Virus record (IMG/VR): IMGVR_UViG_3300036793_000118
Location: 1 to 28,699 of that record
Source of the DNA: a virus
Taxonomy: Duplodnaviria; Caudoviricetes
Length of the DNA stretch: 28,699 bases
Reading direction: 5' to 3' (one strand)
Positions 25,568 to 28,699 of this stretch are shown piece after piece; the first letter of the stretch is position 1; each line of letters begins with the position of its first letter. Below the pieces are notes generated by a model. That model saw only the letters and a program-made list of their open reading frames with translations. It was not told the origin of the DNA and ran no database searches. A program made the translations under genes and the position numbers.

Positions 25568-25764
25568 CCGCGCACGTCGTCATGCCGGCCCGGCGGGTGC
25601 CACCCGAAAAGCCGGGCGACCCGTGGCCCTGGATGTCGTCCTGCACCTGCACCCGCTGGGTCCGGCACGTCGACAAAGACGTCGTCGAGCAGCAGATGCA
25701 GTCCTGCCGGGCCAAAGCGAAAACCCCACACGACGACCCCGACCGGGAGGTGACCGATGACTGA
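25564..25764 (+). CDS. Hypothetical protein (66 aa)
   Basis: GTGA overlap; contains CTC. Confidence 0.55.
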   Translation: MTAHVVMPARRVPPEKPGDPWPWMSSCTCTRWVRHVDKDVVEQQMQSCRAKAKTPHDDPDREVTDD

Positions 25765-26077
25765 CGAAGAACTCGCTGCCCATCAGCCCACCGTCGCAGC
25801 GCTGCTCTGCGCCGTGCACGACCGCGCCATAGCCGAAACCCACGCCATCCTCACCGGCCTGTCCGTCGAATCGCTACGGGCCGTGGCGGTCCTGATGGCG
25901 GGGCAGATGCCAGCCGACGTGGTCCTCGGATCACGGGACCTCCCCCTCGACGGGGATGTGGCGTGGACGCCAGCGCAGATCTATGCCGCGCACGCCCTGT
26001 ATCTGGCGGGGAACGAGAGTCGAGTGAAACTCGGGGAGATCCTGTGGCAGCGAAGCCGCGGGCGGGTGGCGTCATGA
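25757..26077 (+). CDS. Hypothetical protein (106 aa)
   Basis: GGAGG SD, ATG 25757. Confidence 0.7.
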   Translation: MTDEELAAHQPTVAALLCAVHDRAIAETHAILTGLSVESLRAVAVLMAGQMPADVVLGSRDLPLDGDVAWTPAQIYAAHALYLAGNESRVKLGEILWQRSRGRVAS

Positions 26078-26364
26078 CCGCGCATGAACCGCCCTTCGGA
26101 TACGTCGGTGCCGACGACTTGGTCGAGCAATCCGGCGCCACCTACCGGCAGGTCGACTATTGGACTCGCACAGGACATCTGCGGGCAATCAATACTGGCT
26201 TCGGATCAGGATCGCGGCGGTGGTGGCCGGGATATGAAGTGCTGGTTTGCAGCCGCATGAAGGCCCTATCCGATGCCGGCCTGTTACTAGCTGCTGCGGA
26301 GACGCTGGCCCGTACGGGGGCCCTGGTATTGGCGAATTCTGTACGGATCGAGGTGGCGTCATGA
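26074..26364 (+). CDS. MerR-family HTH protein, Rv1830/McdR-like
   Basis: SGATYRQVDYWTRTG...GSGSRR resembles the ITYRQLDYWART...GSGSQRLY signature of the actinobacterial Rv1830-type MerR family (recalled, not searched). Confidence 0.8.
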   Translation: MTAHEPPFGYVGADDLVEQSGATYRQVDYWTRTGHLRAINTGFGSGSRRWWPGYEVLVCSRMKALSDAGLLLAAAETLARTGALVLANSVRIEVAS

Positions 26365-26636
26365 CGGCGTTCGCGGAATGGCTCGGGTTATCCCAACCCG
26401 GCGAGGGCGACTGGCAGGAGCGGGCCCTGTGCGCGCAGACCGACCCGGAGTTGTGGTTCCCGGATAAGGGCGGCTCGACCACGCCAGCGAAGAAGATCTG
26501 CGCGGACTGCGATGTTCAGGCCGAGTGCCTGGAATTCGCCCTGGACAACGCGGAGCGGTACGGGATTTACGGAGGCAAATCAGAACGAGAGCGTCGCAAG
26601 ATGCTTCACGCCCGCGATCTTGGTGGTGTGGCGTGA
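26361..26636 (+). CDS. whiB: WhiB-family Fe-S transcription factor, WhiB/WhiB2 class
   Basis: WQERALCAQTDPELWFPDKGGS...AKKICADCDVQAECLEFAL...ERYGIYGGKSERERR; four conserved Cys. Confidence 0.95.
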   Translation: MTAFAEWLGLSQPGEGDWQERALCAQTDPELWFPDKGGSTTPAKKICADCDVQAECLEFALDNAERYGIYGGKSERERRKMLHARDLGGVA

Positions 26637-27076
26637 CGCCTTGCCCTAAACCGTTACCCCGCGAGAAGCCAGAGAAGACGGGGAGGGCTTGGAACTCGAC
26701 CCTTCCTGCGGCCCGCTCAGTGTTGCGTAGGCCCCCGTTTAGGCCTGTCCGGGTGTCCCTGGATGCCGGGAAGCTGTCACGGGCCTCTCAGCGGCTCGCA
26801 CCGAGGTCGAAGAAGAAGGCAGCGGAGATGCGGCTGTACGTGCCGGAGATGCTGGCGTTCCTCGCCGACCATCCGCGATGCCAGTTCCCGGGCTGCCCGG
26901 CCGCGTCGACTGTGTTGCACCACAAGCGGGGCAGGGACGGGCTCCGGCTTCGGGACCGCCGGTATTGGGCGGCGTCCTGCGATCCGCACAACGAGTTCGC
27001 CGAGACCCATACGGGTGAGGCGTTGGCTGTCGGCTGGCTCATTCGAATCAACTCACGAGAGGACGGTGCGGCATGA
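26633..27076 (+). CDS. HNH-like nuclease-fold protein
   Basis: PRCQFPGC...VLHHKRGR...SCDPHN...H..EALAVGWL; basic N-terminus; GTGA overlap. Confidence 0.65.
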   Translation: MTPCPKPLPREKPEKTGRAWNSTLPAARSVLRRPPFRPVRVSLDAGKLSRASQRLAPRSKKKAAEMRLYVPEMLAFLADHPRCQFPGCPAASTVLHHKRGRDGLRLRDRRYWAASCDPHNEFAETHTGEALAVGWLIRINSREDGAA

Positions 27077-28377
27077 GCGATTACGCGAGCTTCCTCGCAT
27101 CGAAGCGGCGCAATCCGTCAGCCGTCGGGATGGACTGCGCCCCGGGTGAGGTCCACCCGTTTCTGCACCGGTGGCAGGCGGAGATTGTGGCGTGGGCCGT
27201 CCGCCAGGGCCGCGCGGGGTTGTGGACCACGACGGGCACCGGCAAGACGGTGATGCAGTTGGAGTGGGCGCGACTGTCGGGTGATACGTCGCTGATCCTG
27301 GCGCCGCTGGCTGTGTGTCAGCAGACCATCCGCGAGGCGGAACGGCATCTGGATCTGGAAGTCCGGTATGTGCGTGACGCCGACCAGATCACCGGTCCCG
27401 GGGTGTGGATCTCCAACTACGAGATGGCACACCGGTTCGACGCGGCCGGCTTGGACGCGGTTGTTCTGGACGAGGGTTCGATCTTGCGGGACAGCACCGG
27501 TAAGACCCGGAATCTGCTGGTCGACATGTTCACTGACGTGCCGCGCCGGATTTCGTGCACGGCCACGCCCCGCCCAAACGATGCGGAAGAACTCACGAAC
27601 CAGGCCGCGTTCTTAGGGGTGTCGTCCCGGTTGGACATGCTCGCCACCTACTTCATTCACGACGATGAAGGGTGGCGGCTGAAAGGTCACGCGAAGGCGC
27701 CCATGTTCCGGTGGATGTCCTCGTGGGCGTTGGCGTTACGCCGGCCGTCGGACATGGGCTACCTGGACGACGGATACGACCTTCCCGGCCTGCGGGTCAT
27801 CCCGGAATTGTTGCCGGTAGACGTGGACGTGGAGGGGCAACTGTTCGCCACCGACCTGGGCGGCGTGGGCGGTCGGGCACGAGTACGGAAGCAGACGTTG
27901 CAGGCCCGCTGCGAACGCGCCGCGGAACTGGTCGCCGCCGAACCGGACGAGTCGTGGCTGTTGTGGTGCGGCCTGAATGCCGAAGCCGACCTGCTCGCCG
28001 ACCTGATTCCCGGGGCGGTAAACGTTCACGGCTCGATGAGCCCGGAGCAGAAAGCGGAAGCCTTGCTGGCGTTCGCCGACGGCGACATTCCCGTACTGAT
28101 CACGAAACCGTCGATCGCGTCGCGGGGCTTGAACTGGCAGCACTGCGCCCGCATGGCGTTCGTGGGCCTGTCTGACAGCTACGAGGACTATTTCCAGGCG
28201 ATCCGCCGGTGCCACCGCTACGGGCAGACCCGGGTCGTGCACGCCCACGTCGTCCTGTCGGAACTGGAATCACAGATAGCCGCGAACGTGGCCCGCAAAG
28301 AGCAGGAAGCGGACGAGTTCATGGGCGAACTGGTCCGGGCGATGAGCCGTAACCGCATCAGCAGCGTCGCTGCATAA
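27073..28377 (+). CDS. SF2 (SNF2-like) helicase/ATPase
   Basis: TGTGKT (Walker A), LDEGS (Walker B variant), TATP (motif III), GLNWQ, QAIRRCHRYGQ (motif VI). Confidence 0.9.
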   Translation: MSDYASFLASKRRNPSAVGMDCAPGEVHPFLHRWQAEIVAWAVRQGRAGLWTTTGTGKTVMQLEWARLSGDTSLILAPLAVCQQTIREAERHLDLEVRYVRDADQITGPGVWISNYEMAHRFDAAGLDAVVLDEGSILRDSTGKTRNLLVDMFTDVPRRISCTATPRPNDAEELTNQAAFLGVSSRLDMLATYFIHDDEGWRLKGHAKAPMFRWMSSWALALRRPSDMGYLDDGYDLPGLRVIPELLPVDVDVEGQLFATDLGGVGGRARVRKQTLQARCERAAELVAAEPDESWLLWCGLNAEADLLADLIPGAVNVHGSMSPEQKAEALLAFADGDIPVLITKPSIASRGLNWQHCARMAFVGLSDSYEDYFQAIRRCHRYGQTRVVHAHVVLSELESQIAANVARKEQEADEFMGELVRAMSRNRISSVAA

Positions 28378-28394
28378 CGAGGGGGAAAAGCACT

Positions 28395-28699
28395 GTGGAC
28401 GAATATGTGACCGATCAGGCGTCCGGCGCCGGCTGGGACGCGCTGCTCGGGGATTCGTGCGAACGGCTCCGTGAGCTGGCGGACGATTCGGTGGGCCTGT
28501 CGGTGTACTCCCCACCGTTCTCCGGCTTATATGTATATTCCGCGAGCGCCCGTGACCTGGGGAACTCGTCCGGGAACGAGGAGTTCCTGGAGCATTACGG
28601 CTACATCATCCGGGAGCTGCTGCGGGTCACGCAGCCGGGCCGGAACTCGTGCGTTCACGTCGCCGACGTGGCCACCACCAACGCGACGCACGGTGTCGC
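28395..28699 (+). CDS. DNA amino-methyltransferase (N4-C/N6-A), 3' truncated; not in ORF track
   Basis: GAGGGGG SD; MDEYVTDQ...LLGDSCERLRELADDSVGLSVYSPPFSGLYVYS...RDLGN...ELLRVTQPGR; SPPF catalytic motif near the N-terminus (beta-class order). Confidence 0.88.
   Translation, partial: MDEYVTDQASGAGWDALLGDSCERLRELADDSVGLSVYSPPFSGLYVYSASARDLGNSSGNEEFLEHYGYIIRELLRVTQPGRNSCVHVADVATTNATHGV

Noticed and set aside
26633-27076. Mobile homing endonuclease or intron
   Set aside because: Gene is translationally coupled on both sides, interrupts nothing, and no intron structure was seen.

Overview
High-GC (actinobacterial) temperate siphovirus genome segment with no host genes. Left arm (+ strand, 1-16277): end of a tail-completion gene, tail assembly chaperone with a probable -1 frameshift extension, 1401-aa tape measure protein with a C-terminal lytic-transglycosylase-like domain, Dit- and hub-like minor tail proteins, two small tail proteins, two tandem paralogous beta-helix tailspikes, an apparently secreted beta-helix protein, a GH25 endolysin and a holin, closed by a perfect 18-bp terminator hairpin. 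Centre (- strand, 16368-20416): three accessory genes including a lipoprotein, a probable attP, a tyrosine integrase, two XRE-type HTH genes and a membrane-protein gene between them. Right arm (+ strand, 20631-end): excisionase, ERF recombinase, YqaJ exonuclease, small ORFs, replication initiator with an internal origin-like repeat, loader-like protein, McdR(Rv1830)-like MerR protein, WhiB2-like protein, HNH-like protein, SF2 helicase and a truncated DNA methyltransferase. Phage genes on both sides of the integrase suggest the excised/virion form rather than an integrated prophage. Best leads: helically phased ATGAGAC-type arrays shared by the putative attP and the genetic switch; a pseudoknot-topology element that could sequester the Shine-Dalgarno of the membrane gene between the two repressors; an adjacent McdR-like/WhiB2-like pair; and three beta-helix proteins, one apparently exported. 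All family assignments come from motif recognition by eye, not database searches.
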